Made by a program: the position numbers and the translations under genes
The notes under the pieces: generated by a model
The model's database searches: none
What the model saw: the letters and a program-made list of their open reading frames with translations, nothing else
Told to the model about the DNA's origin: nothing
Shown here: in pieces, positions 12,616-25,397 of the stretch
Layout of the letters: each line of letters starts with the position of its first letter
Position numbering within the stretch: the stretch's first letter is position 1
Assembly (NCBI RefSeq): GCF_018350175.1
Contig: NC_058368.1
Coordinates: forward strand, 137,146,001-137,210,000
DNA length: 64,000 bases
Direction of reading: 5' to 3'
From: Felis catus
Taxonomy: Eukaryota

Positions 12616-13772
12616 AAAACCAAGGCAGTATTGTTAAGGGGAGGAAAGATAGACAGGAATGGAAACAAGGATGAGGAAACAATGAAAGGAAACAAGGGAG
12701 AGAGAGAGATTGGGCTTGAAACTGGGATGGAGAGGAAGGCTCTGAGGCTGTCACCCTACTCTGAATAGGACAGGTTCAGCTGTTGGTATCTATTTCTCTG
12801 CGGTTTCCAAACAGAAAAAGGGCTTCAAGTAACCCGCCTCTGACAGAGGCTTTCACAACCTTCCAGGGATTTATAACTGAGTTGGAGTGGTTATCACTGG
12901 ACCAGGCCCAGCTTCAACTCTCAAACTTAACCATGTGGCAGCAGCCAAATTTCACAGGTCAGTTATAAAGTTCATACTGCACAGTGATCATCCATGGGCT
13001 TAGAGTGAATTGAACATATTGAAAAGTCCAGTGCTTCTGTTTTCATTTGCCCCAAGGCGAATGCTCAGGGATGGCTCCCAGGTCAAGAGCTCCTCCATCC
13101 ACAGTAGCTGCCGCTGACTCTGGTTTTACAGGCAACTTGTGTAGATTTGTTGGGAGCATGTGGTATGGCTTGTCAGGTCCCCTTTTTCCCTTGGCCTCCT
13201 CATAATGTTGGAACGAGGCCTTAGCTCTTCATCTGATTTAATTCTCAGAATGTGATACTCAATGTCCACCAGCACTGAAATGAGAACATTTTTGCACATT
13301 CTCAATTATAAGATGGTGGGAGCAAGGCCTTAGTCAGCAAAATACAGGCTAACACTTTTTCTCCTACTGAAAGTGCAAGATATTGTTAAATGTGCTGACG
13401 GACAGTTCACAGCACTTTATGAGATCTACAGGTTACATTTTCAAAGTGTACGTCTCCTGCTTTATTGTGTCATTACAGACAACAATTTTATTTACTACCA
13501 ACATGCACAGGTTGAATGAAGAGAGCAATAGTCAGTTAAAAAGGAAGATGAAGAAACTCCGGTTAGCCAGAAGCCAGTGCTTTTCCACTAACAAATCAAG
13601 ACCCAGAAGAACTACATGGAGAAACCAACCACCTCCCAGTCCTTTGCTGTCTCACTTCAGTCATGTTGATGGTGAACGTCAAGAGCTTTGGGTACTGTGA
13701 AAAAGAGAGCTACAGAGAGGGGCAAATAAAAGTTCTACTGGTTCAAGTAATTTATTACCATACGGAAATACA

Positions 13773-13949
13773 TATTTTAATGTTTATTTATTTTGAGAGA
13801 GAGAGAAAATGGGGGAGGGGCTGAGAAAGAGGGAGAGAGAGAATCCCAAGCAGGCTCTGTGCTGTCAGCTCAGCTCAGTCTCACGATCCGTGGGATCAGG
13901 ACCTGAGCTGAAATTAAGATCTTAACTGACTGAACCACCCAGGTGCCCC
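13773..13949 (-). mobile_element. CAN-SINE with internal deletion
   Basis: Ends accacccaggtgcccc; TSD ggaaataca. Confidence 0.95.
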
Positions 13950-14377
13950 TGGAAATACACTTCTGAAAAGACCATCAAAAATGTAGATCAACCAAAGTAG
14001 AGGTTGTTGCCAACAGACCTCTAGTCTTTGGTCCACACGCACAGACACAAACCTCAGTACGGCCTGCAGAAAGAAGGATTCTGAATCTGAGTTCATCTCA
14101 ACTAATAAACAGATCCAATGGTAACGCAGTGCCCCCCTCACCACCACCACCACCACCATGGAGATTCAACAGCCAATAGAAAACTACATAAAGGCTATGA
14201 ATAAAATAAATTTAAAGATATAAGGACTAAGAAATTAGTGAGTGCTTAATATTTATGGTTCACTGAGTTTTCTGGATGGAAGGTATAATATAAAAGTATA
14301 AACGTATACTGTTACTACTCATTGTCACAAACTTCGGGTGCTCTCTGAATCTCTCTCTCTTAAAAATGGTGTTCTTG

Positions 14378-14562
14378 GAGCAGCTGGGTGGCTCAGTCTG
14401 TTGAACATCTGACTTCAACTCAGGTCATGATCTCGCAGTTTGTGGGTTTGAGCCCCACATCAGGCTCACTGCTGTCAGTGTGTCAGCCCAGAGCCCACTT
14501 TGGATCCTTGGTCCTCCCCCCTGCCCCTCCCCCACTTGTGTTCTCCCAAAAATAAATCTTTT
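14378..14562 (+). mobile_element. CAN-SINE, divergent subfamily
   Basis: TSD aaaatggtgttcttg at 14363 and 14563; short CT tract. Confidence 0.95.
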
Positions 14563-15193
14563 AAAATGGTGTTCTTGGGAAACATTTCCTTCTTTAATTG
14601 AAGTATAATTATCATACAGTGCTGTATTAGTTTCAGGTGTACAACATATTGATTCGACAATTCTGTACATTACTAATTGCTCACCATGATAACTGTAGTC
14701 ACCATCTGTCACCATACATCATTATTACAATATTGTTGACTATATTCCCTATGCTGTAGTTTTCATCTCTGTGACGTACTTATTTTATAACTGGAAATTT
14801 GTACCTCTTAATCTCCTTTATCTATTTCACCTATCCCCCATTCCCTTCCTTCTGACAACCACCAGTTTATTCTCTGTATTTGAGTCTGGGGTTTTTGTTT
14901 TATTTTTTTAGATTCCACAAAAAAAGGAAACCATATGATATTAGTCTTTCCATAACTTATTTCACTTAGCATAATACCATGTAGGTCCATCCATGTTGTC
15001 ACAAATGGCAAGATCTCACTCTTTTTTATGGCTGAATAATTTTCCATTGTGTATGTATATAAATATACCATATCTTCTTTATCCATTTATCTATCTGTGG
15101 GTACTTGGCTGCTTCTGTATCTCAGCTATTGTAAGTAATGCTGCAATAAATGTAGTGGCGCATATATCTTTTTAAATTAGTGTTTTCATTTTC

Positions 15194-15409
15194 ATTTTTT
15201 TTTTTCTTAATGTTCATTTATTTTTGAGACAGAGAGAGAACATGAACGGGGGAGGGTCAGAGACAGAGAGGGAGACACAGAATCTGAAACAGGCTCCAGG
15301 CTCCGAGCTGTCAGCACAGAGCCCGACGCGGGGCCCGAACTCATGGACCGCGAGATCGTGACCTGAGCTGAAGTCGGCCGCTTAACCGACTGAGCCACCC
15401 AGGCGCCCC
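15194..15409 (-). mobile_element. CAN-SINE nested in L1, young
   Basis: TSD tgttttcattttc at 15181-15193 and 15410-15422; CpGs intact. Confidence 0.98.
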
Positions 15410-15734
15410 TGTTTTCATTTTCTTTTGATAAGTACCCAGTAGTGAAATCACTGGATTACATGGTAGTTCTATTGTTAATTTTTTGAGGAACCTCCAAACT
15501 GTTTTCCACAGTGGCTGCATAAATTTACATTCCTGCCAACAGTGCAGAAATGTTGCATTTTGTGCATATCCTCTTCAGCACTTGTTATTTCTCGTCTTGT
15601 TTAATCTAGCCTTTGTGACAGGTGTGAGTTGGTATCTCATGGTGGTTTTGATTTGCATTTGCCTGATGAATAGTGATGTTGAGCAGCTATTCATGTGTCT
15701 GTTGGCCATGTGAATGTCTTCTTTGGAAGTATGT

Positions 15735-15950
15735 TTTTTAATTTTTATTTTTGAGAGAGAGACAGAGACAGAGATAGAGACAGAGCATGAGCCAGGGAGG
15801 AGGATGGAGGGAGGGAACACAGAATCTGAAGTGGGCTCCAGGCTCTGAGCTGTCAGCACAGAGCTCAACGCTGGGCTCAAACTCACGAATGGTGAGATCA
15901 TGACCTGTGCTGAAGTCAGATGCTTAACTGACTAAGCCACCCAGGCGCCC
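15735..15950 (-). mobile_element. CAN-SINE nested in L1
   Basis: Antisense SINE ending gccacccaggcgccc. Confidence 0.97.
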
Positions 15951-17024
15951 TTCCTCTGCCCATTTTTAATCGGACTATTTGGGGGTTTTTTGTTTTTATT
16001 TTTGGGGTTTTTTTGGTGTTAGGTTGTATAAGTTTTTTACTTATTGTGAATATTAACCCCTTGTTGGCTGTGTCATTTACAAATACCTTCTCCCTTTGAC
16101 TAGGTTGCCTTTTTCTTTTCTTGATGGTTTCCTTTCCTGTGAAAAACTTTTTAGTTTGATGTAGCCCCAATAATTTCTTTTTGCTTTGGTTTCCCTTGCC
16201 TGGAGAGACATATCATAAATATGTTGTTAAGAGTGATGTCCAGAAGATTACTGTCTGTGTTTTCTTCTAGGAGTCTTATAATTTCAGGTCTCACAGGTGT
16301 TTAATCCATTTTGAGTTTGTTTTTGTGTATGCTGTATGAAAGTGGTCTAGCTTCATTCTTTTGCATGTAACTGTTCAGTTTTCCCAGCACCATTCATTGA
16401 AAAGAATGTCTTTTCCCTATTACATATTCTAGCCTCCTTTGTTTTAGATTAAGTGACCATATAAGTATGGCTTTATTTTTGGCTGTCTATCCTCTTCCAT
16501 TGATCTATGTGTCTGTCTTTGTGCTAGTATCATACTGTTTTGATGACTATAGCTTTGTTGTATATCTTGAAATCTGGGATTTTGATACCTCCAGCTTTGT
16601 TGTTTCTCAAGATTTCTTGAGCTATTCAAGGGCTTCTGTGGTTCTATACACATTTTAGAATTATTTGTTCTAGTTCTATGGAAATGCTATTGGTATTTTA
16701 ATAGGTATTTTCTTGAATCTGTAGACTACTTTGGATAATATAGACATTTTAACAATACTAATTCTTAGAATCCATGAGCAAGGTATACCTTTTCACTTGT
16801 TTGTGTCATCTTCAGTTTCTTTCATCAGTGTATTATACTTTTTCACCTCTTTGGGTAAATTTATTCTTAGGCATTTTATTCTTTTCGGTGTAATTGTAAG
16901 TGGGATTGTTTTGTTAATATATCTTTCTACTACTTTGTTATTAGTGTATAGAAAGACAACAGATTTATGTATATTAATTTTATATTCTGCAACTTTACTG
17001 AATTTATTTATTAGTTCTAATAGT

Positions 17025-17203
17025 TTTATTTATTTATTATGTTTATTGAGAGAGAGAGAGCACGAGTGGGGGAGGAAGAAGAACAGAGAGAGAGGGGGAG
17101 AGAGAAGCCTGACATGGGGCTTGATCCCACAAACTGTGAGATCGTGAACTGAGCCTAAAATCAAGAGCCAGATGCCCTACCAACTGAGCCATCCATGTGC
17201 CCC
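17025..17203 (-). mobile_element. CAN-SINE nested in L1
   Basis: GA tract, ggggcttgatcccacaaac, gagccatccatgtgcccc. Confidence 0.93.
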
Positions 17204-17898
17204 TTGTTCAAATAGTTTTGGGTAGAGTCTTCAGGGTTTTCAATTTATAGGTGCATAGATATATAGTATCATGTCATCTGCAAATAGTGACAGTTTTACT
17301 TTTTCCTTACCAATTTGGATGGCTTTTATTTCTCTTTCTTGTCTGATTGCTGTGGCTAGGACTTCCAGTACTATGTTGAGAGTGTCTTTGTCTTGTTTCT
17401 GATCTTAGAGGAAAAGCTTACAGTTTTTCTCCAGAGTATAATGTAAGCTATGGGGTTTTTTAATATGGCTTCATTACATTGAGGTATGTTCCCTCTAAAC
17501 CCACTTTGTTGAGAGTTTCTATTATGAGTGGATATTGTATTTGTCAAATGCTTTTTGTTCATTTATTGAGATGATATGTTTTTATCCTTCCTCTTGTTAA
17601 TGTGATATATTACATTAATTGCTTTATGAATATTGAACATCCTTTGTATCCTTGGAATAAGTCCCACTTAGTCATGGTGAATGATTTTTTTTAATGTATT
17701 GTTGAATTAAGTTTGCTAATATTTTGTTGAAGATTTTGCATCTATGTTCATCAGAGATATTGGCTGGTAGTTTTCTCTTTTTGTAGTGTCTTTCTTTGTC
17801 CTTATAGAATGAATTTGGAAGTTTTCCTTCCTCTTCTATTTTTTTAGAATAGTTTAAGAAGAATAGGTATTGACTCTTCCTTAAATGTTTGGTAGAAT

Positions 17899-18321
17899 CA
17901 AATTCTACATTAATCATTGACTAAAACTTGAATGTACATTAGCTCTCCTACTGCTAATGAGTTTTCTGGTGAATCACAAAGAGTTTTAAGCAGGCCCATG
18001 TTCCTTTCTAGCCACCAGTCTTGGATTAGTAAAAGGAAGGAATTATTCTGAATCCGCAGTTCTTTGCTATTCAGACTGTATAATTGTTATGGATTAGAGA
18101 TTGGTGCCTTAGATTTAAAAACTTTTTTTATACACTAGCTCTTTTATATAGAAGGCAGAGATAATCATCCTAACGTATGAGTTTCTAGTATTTTTCTGCA
18201 CAAATGTCACAGGTTGGAACACTCTGTTACGCCTCCATTTATACATGCTCTGTGAAATAAACTTTGCAGATAATGAATGAAGGTACGAATGAATACATAC
18301 ATACATACATAGATACATAAA
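17899..18321 (+). pseudogene. Probable 5'-truncated retrocopy of an unidentified mRNA 3'UTR (or L1 3' transduction) inside L1
   Basis: Non-L1 sequence interrupts the L1 motif tggtagaat|tcacc..gaagccatc; AATAAA 18256-18261 is followed by a decayed A-rich tail (gaat/acat repeats); degenerate TSD tggtagaat / tggtagagt. Confidence 0.7.
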
Positions 18322-18694
18322 TGGTAGAGTTGACCTTGAAGCCATCTTGTCCTGGGCTTTTGTTTATTTGGGATTTTTTTGATTACTGATTCAATTTCAT
18401 TACTAGTAATTGGTCTGTTCAAATTTTCTATTTCTTCCTGATTCAGTTTTGGAAGATTATATGTTTCTAAGAATTTACCCATTTGTTATAAATTGTCCAA
18501 TTTGTCAGCCTATAAGTTTTCATAATCCTTTCTTCTAATCCTTTGTATTTCTGTGGTGTGCATTGTTATTTCTCCTTCATTTCTGATTTTATTTATTTGA
18601 GTTTTCTCTCTTTTGTTTCTTTATCAGTACAGCTAAAGGTTTATCAATTCACTTGTCTTTTCAAAGATTTAGCTCTTGGTTTCAGTAATATTTT

Positions 18695-18897
18695 CTATTT
18701 TTTTTTATGTTTATTTATTTATTTTGAGAGAGAAAGAAAGAGAGGGAGGAGCAGAGAGGGAGGGAGAAAAAGAATCCCAAGCAGGCTCTGTGCTGTCAGC
18801 AGAGCCCAGTATGGAGCTTGATCTCACAAACTGTGAGATCATGACCTGAGCCAAAATCAAGAGTCAGACACTTAACCAATTGAACCATGCAGGCGTA
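18695..18897 (-). mobile_element. CAN-SINE nested in L1
   Basis: Antisense SINE body agaatcccaagcaggctc...gagtcagacacttaacc. Confidence 0.95.
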
Positions 18898-19165
18898 TCT
18901 TCTATTTTTTTTATATCTATTTCACTTATTTTTATTCTAATCTTTTTATTTCTTTCCTTCGACTAGCTTTTGGCTTTGTTATTATTTTTCTAGCTTTTTT
19001 AGGGGTAAGATTAGGTTGTTTATTTGAGATTATGCTTGTTTCTTGGAGTAGGCCTGTATCACTATAAGTGTCTCTCTTAGTAGTGCATTTCCTGCATCAC
19101 AATGATTTTGGACTGTTGTGTTTTCATTTTTATGTGTCTCCATCTATTTTTTGATGTCCTCTTTG

Positions 19166-19593
19166 GAGTTTTTTTGGTTGTCTTTTTTTTTAATTACTCT
19201 GTAGTTAGCACACAGTGTTATATTAGTTTCAGACATACAATATTGCGATTCAACAATTTTATACATTACTCAGTGCTCATCATGATAAGTGTATTCTTAA
19301 TCCCCTTAACCTATTTTACCCATCCATCCACCTCCCCTCAGTTTGTTCTCTATATTTTAGTCTGGTTTTTGTCTCTTTTTTCTTTGTTCATTTGTTTCTT
19401 AAATCCATGTATGAGTGAAATCATATGGTATTTGTTTTTCTCTCACTGGCTTATTTTTCTTAGCATTATACTCTCTAGATCCAACCATGTTGTTGCAAAT
19501 AGCAAGATTCTAATTTTCTTTTATGGCTGAGTAATTTTCCATTGTATATATATATACACCACATCTTTTTTATCCATTCATCTATCAATGGTA
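19166..19593 (-). mobile_element. Second, younger L1 3' end nested in the large L1
   Basis: New T tract plus 3'UTR (gttatattagtttca...cagtgctcatcatgataag); TSD atgtcctcttYg at 19154-19165 and 19594-19605. Confidence 0.9.
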
Positions 19594-19672
19594 ATGTCCT
19601 CTTCGATATCTTGGTTGACCCATTCATTTAGTAACATGTTGTTTAGCTTCCATGTGCTTGTGCTTTTTCCAG

Positions 19673-19717
19673 GTTTTTTTTTCTTTTTTTCTTTTCTTTT
19701 CTTTCCTTTTTGTTTTG

Positions 19718-19748
<31 letters not shown>

Positions 19749-19750
19749 GT
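19673..19750. repeat. (CTTTT)n/(GTTTT)n microsatellite
   Basis: Directly visible tandem units. Confidence 0.95.
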
Positions 19751-20223
19751 TAACTGATTTGTAGTTTCATACTGTGTGGTTGCAAAAGATGCTTGATATG
19801 ATTTCAGTCTTTTTGAATTTATTGAGACTTGTGTTATGGCCTAATATGTGATCTTTCCTGGAGAATGTTCACTGTGCACTTGAAAAGAATGTGTATTCTT
19901 TGTTTTTTTATGGAATGCTCTGTATATGTCTGTTAGAACCATCTGGTCCAATGTGTCATTCAAAACCACTGTTTCCTTGTTGATTTTCTGTCTGGAAGAT
20001 CTATCCATCGATGTAGTGGGGTGTTAAAGTCCCCTATTATTATTGTATTGCTGTCAATTTCTCCCTTTATGTCTGTTAATATTTGCTTTATGTATTTAGG
20101 TGTTCTTAAGTTAGGTGCGTAGATATTTACAACTTTTATATCTTATTATTGGATTGATCCTTTTATCATTATGTAGTGTCCTTTGTCTCTTGCTATAGCC
20201 TTTGTTTTAAAATCTATTTTGTC

Positions 20224-20251
20224 TCAATAAATTATATAAAAAAAAATAAAA
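20224..20251 (+). mobile_element. Ultra-short L1 tail insertion
   Basis: caataaattatat plus A tail between 16-bp direct repeats taaaatctattttgtc (20208-20223, 20252-20267); the same terminus occurs on the L1 at 61318-61330. Confidence 0.8.
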
Positions 20252-20747
20252 TAAAATCTATTTTGTCAGGTATAAGTAGTATTACCCCAGGGTGTTCTTC
20301 CCATTTCCATTTTCATGGTATATGTTTTTCCATTTGGGAGAAATTTTTAAGACTTTACTGGTTTTGAACTTCACAAGAAAACCTGAGGGCCCTTTTTTTC
20401 ATGGAAATACAATAGTTTGTGTTTACATTTGTTCTATTATTTGATTTCAACTGGTTTAGCTTCCAAGGTTAGCAATGCAATTTTAGGACAATGCCAGTGG
20501 GAGGGTTATTCAATGTTTTAATTGTCTGTTGCTCCTGAAAGTCATACTGAGTGAATTTGGCCTAATACAGTGGTGTTGGAATCTGGTAGTTTCCTTGCAG
20601 TGGAAGGGAAAACTTTTTTTTTTTTTTATTACATACAAAGGCTATGACTAGTTCCATAATCACCATGATGGAGCACAGTGATCTTTCCTCATGTAAAAAC
20701 CATCCTTTGCATTGAAGAGGACCTTTATGTAAAAACACCTATTTAAA

Positions 20748-20791
20748 ACACAAACACATGCATACACACATACACACACACACACACATAC
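20748..20791. repeat. Imperfect (CA)n
   Basis: Directly visible. Confidence 0.9.
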
Positions 20792-23559
20792 CACTAGTGA
20801 TTTCTTTCTCCTTAAGAATCTCATCTAAAAACAAATCAAAACAAAACACTAAAATAGTTTTTAGGTTAAGTTTTTTTTTCAAGAACAGATAAAGCTTTGT
20901 CAGGACAGGGAGATGTGAAGGAAACTATACCATCATGGGACTTTCTAACAATAGAAAGGCAATACAGTCCCCACTGTTTGCCTTTGACACTCTTCTCTTA
21001 CAGTAGGCCTTTGACTTGGGGCTTTGACAGAGTCCCATGTCTCTCTCCTAAGATTAATTTGACACCCATCACAGGACAGAGTCTATCTGAGGCATAATCT
21101 CTGCAGTTGTCAATTTCCAGTACACAGGAGAGTGCAAATTGGCTAATGTGTCCCCCTGCCATAAACATTACAGGTGATATCCCTACCCTGATATGCTTAT
21201 ATCCAGTTTATTCCATTAGCAAAGAAAATAGAAAATGAAAATAGAAATCTCAAACCCATACAGGTCTAATATTCACTTACACATACTCACATGCACATGC
21301 ATGAGCAAGATGCATCCAATCCTGAAGCATTTTGTCTTATTACTTGCAAAAAAACTGTCATGCCCATTCTAACAATTATGAGATAGATAGGGTGCTGGTG
21401 GAAGAGGCAGCTACAGTTGTCTCCTTTTTTTTTTTTTTTTTTTTTTTCAGGTTAATCTAAGTCTTAGACAAGTAATGGTGATTTTTTTTTTTCCAGGATC
21501 TCTGAACAAAAAAAAAAAAAAAAAAAAAAAAGATGGAGTCAGGACTTCCTTGGATTATCAGGCCCTTACTACAATTGCCTTAAACCTACAATTCACTTTT
21601 CCTCTGTTTCTAATTTTTACTTTCTCTACAACCTTTAATCCTTCTGGAGTTTCCTCCCTGTTGAACTAATTAAATAGACAGATTTGAAGAAACCCAGGCT
21701 CCTAGAATCTGAGAAAACCCACACCACAAAGTGATGTGAATCAGAAAGGATTTGCATTTCACTCCCTGGGTGTAACTCCATGCCAAAGTCATAGAATTCC
21801 CCCTTCTCTCCAAGTTTAGGTTAGCTGTGCCTCTTGTGGGTCACAAACTCCATTTTCTTCCTCCATCATGAAAACTGAAGCAATTCTGCTGTGTGCTGTA
21901 GAGGTTAAGGAAAGAACCTCTCAGCCACCACATGTCAATAGAAACACTAACCCAGATCTGGTGTGTTGATGTGTTCGGTATCCAGAAGTTCTAGAACCCA
22001 CATGCTGAATTTGCAGTGTATGGAGCAGCATACTCTTCCCTAGGAGAGAAATTGTGAGGACAGAGAAAACATTAAGGTAAAAGAACAGAACCATGTCTGA
22101 AAGAGACGAGTCCATTCTGAGGGTAGAGACCATGCTGGTCATGCAGTGGTACATCTGAGAGCAGTGGTCGTTGCCTGAATTTCTGAGTGTTAGACTCAGC
22201 CAAGAGCTAGTATTTAACTCCTTCTTCAGTTTTAAATGCCACACACAGAAAATGGCTAATAAGGATGTGAGTGCCATGCCCCACTCCTTCTTCTTCACCA
22301 CCTGTTCCTTGAGGCAACCGCTTATTTGGAGGAGTCACCCTGGCAGGAGGACCCTCTGTATAGACCCCTTCAATGGCAGGAGGCAGAGAATGGCCATCCC
22401 TTGGGCATTTTTCGCACTGTGTCTCCCAAGCTGGCACTCCTAAGCAAAGATGAAAAATTGATTAGCTTCCTAAGGATAGCTGGAAATGAGTGATGCTGAT
22501 GGGCCACAGTATGGCACCTTCTGGTAAGGGAAATCTTGCTGTGAGGAATCTTCTGGCCTGGTTAACATGACAGCCCCAGATGCCCAACTCCAGTGACAGT
22601 GCATCCCAAGGCCAGTAGCTTGAAAGCAGCTCACTTATCAGATTTACCCCCTAGATGACTTCCTTCTTAATAAGGAAGAGCAGGCCAGCAATGCTGTGCT
22701 GCTGTGTGCCTTCAAAGGCAAAGGAAGCCACAAAGATCCCCTTAGAAGCTACATGCTTGCCTATGATTCAGACAAACTATATTGAAATCAGGTATATAAT
22801 TCAGAGTTAATGTATAAAATAAATTTACCTTTGTATAAAGCTCACATTCCCTACCACTTTTGAATGGGTCATGCAATAACTAGAGCAAATTTCACTACTC
22901 TCATTTGAGGACTGAGGACATTCAAGCTTTCTGATTCCCGATCACAGGTATTTGTGCACATATGGCCTGCGTAGTTATTTCTTCATATCCAGCTTACATT
23001 TTTATTATCCTGCTAAAGGAATTTTTCTCATCTCTTTTCTCTCTCACCAGCCGCATTGTCCCAGACTCCCACACATGAAGCGTACAGCAAAACAGAAGGG
23101 CGCACTCCTGGAGATGGGAGGTAGGTGGGAACCAGATGCTGCCACATTTTTTGCTGGCTACCTTGAGGTAATCCTGCCGGGCCTCCTCTCCCATTTCATG
23201 TTGGCAGGTCCTCAACATACCAAATGAATAGGGTTGGCCTTTTCTGAGCTTTCTCCCTCTGCCCCCAGAGCATGCTGGATGTTTTAAATGGATTGCATGG
23301 GAGTGGATGACTCACACGTGGGATGGTAATGAAATTTTAGAAATGAATATCTACAGAAAAGCAGAAAAACTGCAGGCCCTGCAGGACTTGAGGATGCTGA
23401 GAGCATATCCCCTGATGCAAAAGAATTACAAGAACTCTCAATTTAGACTTATTAAATAAGGGGGCTAGGAAATAATGTAAAAATATGCTACAGTAATTTG
23501 CTTTTTAAAGAGGCTCTCTTTCTCTCTCCCCTTCTTTCCCTGTCTCCCTCTTTGACTAG

Positions 23560-23561
<2 letters not shown>

Positions 23562-23604
<43 letters not shown>
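23562..23604. repeat. (CA)n microsatellite
   Basis: Perfect CA run. Confidence 0.99.
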
Positions 23605-23606
<2 letters not shown>

Positions 23607-23894
23607 TGGGTATGCATGCTCAGTAATCCTGTTCCCAATACAAGATGAGTTCCTCTCCTCTTTACTGTAGTCCACAGGGGATTTTAGCATAATGACTAAG
23701 GTAGCAATTTTTGAATAACAGTTCTTCAGATACGAAGAGTGTTGTGTTTCCAGATTATAGACTCAAAGCTTCGGCAAACATTATGCCATTCTGAAATCTT
23801 CTCAAGGGTTCTATAGGAGTAGGCAACACACGCAGTGTCCCCATGCTGCAGCAAGAAGACCATTGGGAAAGAGAGTTGGAGAAAGACCTGTGTC

Positions 23895-24290
23895 ACGGAA
23901 AAGTACTAGCCTGGGAGTCAGGAGGGCTGGGGGCTGGCTCCGGCTCTGCCTCCCATCAGCTCTGCAGTCTCAGGCGAGTCCTCACACCTCCCTGGGACTC
24001 AGTGGATCATCTGGCTACTACCCAACTGGCCAAGGTAATTGCTTAGCTCTCTTCCAGCTGTGACAAGTGTTAAGACATTTGAACCGTGTGTTCCAGTTTA
24101 CAAAGCCCTTGCACGTCTGTTAACTCAGTCTTCACCACAGCTCGTCTTCCAGATTGGGGAAACTGGGAACCCAGAGATGACAAAGGATTTGCTTGGGGGT
24201 CATAGAGCCAATAGTTAGGAAAGCCAGGTTTGAGAACCAGGCTTCTGACTCTGGATCCACGTTGGTGTCAAAACCCCAGGCTGCCTCTGA
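23895..24290. mobile_element. Two MIR fragments in opposite orientation
   Basis: aagtactagcctgggagtcagga (+), then ggggaaactgggaacccagag...ggtttgagaaccaggcttctgactc (-). Confidence 0.7.
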
Positions 24291-24637
24291 AGGAAAGGCC
24301 CTCTGTGCTTTTACTTTCTAGAAGAGAAAAGTGAGAGTTTTCAACAGTTAAAACAAAAACAAGGAGTGTTCAAGCTTACCAATCCAAATATCATAGCCAG
24401 TTAAGAGCAGTAACTTTCCAAGGGCCAGACCATGAATTACCTCGGGAGAATAAGCCTTGACCTCCCCTGGAGGAGACTACAGTGAAATGTGTACAATCCA
24501 CATCCATATATCCATGCATTCAGTCCTAGGTAATGGGAGTGTCTCTGGGAATGTTCTGTTTGTGAAAATGTATTTGGTAAGTCAAGTTAGAGATGTTGAC
24601 ATCACAAAGCACATCTGCACTTTAAAGTGGTCATCTT

Positions 24638-24730
24638 TGCACCTTTTGGGATGAGCACTGGGTGTTGTATGGAAACCAATTTGACAATAAATTTCATATA
24701 TTGAAAATAAATAAATAAATAAAATAAAAA
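24638..24730 (+). mobile_element. Felid L1 3' tail (93 bp), young
   Basis: gggatgagcactgggtgttgtatggaaaccaatttgacaataaa plus A tail; perfect TSD taaagtggtcatctt at 24623-24637 and 24731-24745. Confidence 0.95.
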
Positions 24731-24879
24731 TAAAGTGGTCATCTTAGAAACTTCTTGCAGACTTTAAAAAGAAAGAAAATATTTTCCTAAACCAGTAGTT
24801 CCCTACCTGGTCACATTCCTGGCTAAGTAACAGAGCAAGTAGGCAAAGCGGGAAGAACTTTGTGCAAGGGAGACATACA

Positions 24880-25310
24880 GTATGAGCTCCCAGCGGTCAG
24901 TGCTACTCACCACCCATTCATTCAGGCGGAAGCGCTCACTCCCACAGCTGCTGCTGATTGCTGGGTGTTGCTAGCTCACAGCTGAGCCCCCATGCCAGCA
25001 CCTGCCCAAGCAGAAGACAGCTGCCTAGCACAAGCCCCCCGCCACCACCACCACCACCACCAGTTCCCTGGTGCAGCCTGGTTAATCATCTGTATACAAA
25101 AGTAGAATGAACCCTTTGCCCCAACTAAGGACAACCCTGCAAAGCCAGTCCAGCTCTAGAGCCCCACCAGGGGCTAGGCTGAAGTTTCTGTCGTGGCTGC
25201 ATCGCAGCCCAGATTATCCCTCTGTCCGATCCTGCTCCCCTCGCTCCCCGTAAATACGTTGCACCCCATTCTCCATCTCAGAGTCTGCTTCACGGAAACC
25301 TGACCTGCCA
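24880..25310 (+). mobile_element. LTR16-like ERVL LTR
   Basis: gctcacagctgagcccc...ttgccccaactaaggacaac...ctccatctcagagtctgcttc..ggaaacctgacct. Confidence 0.75.
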
Positions 25311-25397
25311 CGCGTATCTTCCTGTCTCTCAATCCTGAGCCAAAAGACATTCTAAAAACTCCACGTCTTTTTAATTGTTAAAAGCAACCATCCTGGA

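Larger units (their letters stand above)
14590..20335 (-). mobile_element. Carnivore L1 (L1_Carn-like), 3'UTR plus most of ORF2, 5'-truncated and dead
   Basis: Minus-strand ORF fragments give L1 ORF2 peptides ([79 protein letters not shown]); 3'UTR tttaattgaagtataatt; many stops and nested inserts. Confidence 0.97.

Noticed and set aside
13383..13700. 105-aa ORF with a basic stretch and a possible acceptor at ~13510
   Set aside because: No recognisable homology and no supported donor or partner exons.
14590..20335. Active L1
   Set aside because: No 5'UTR or ORF1; ORF2 is broken by stops, deletions and insertions.
21420..21535. Poly-T/CAG tracts resembling splice acceptors, followed by poly-A
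   Set aside because: Simple homopolymer runs suffice as an explanation; no exon evidence.
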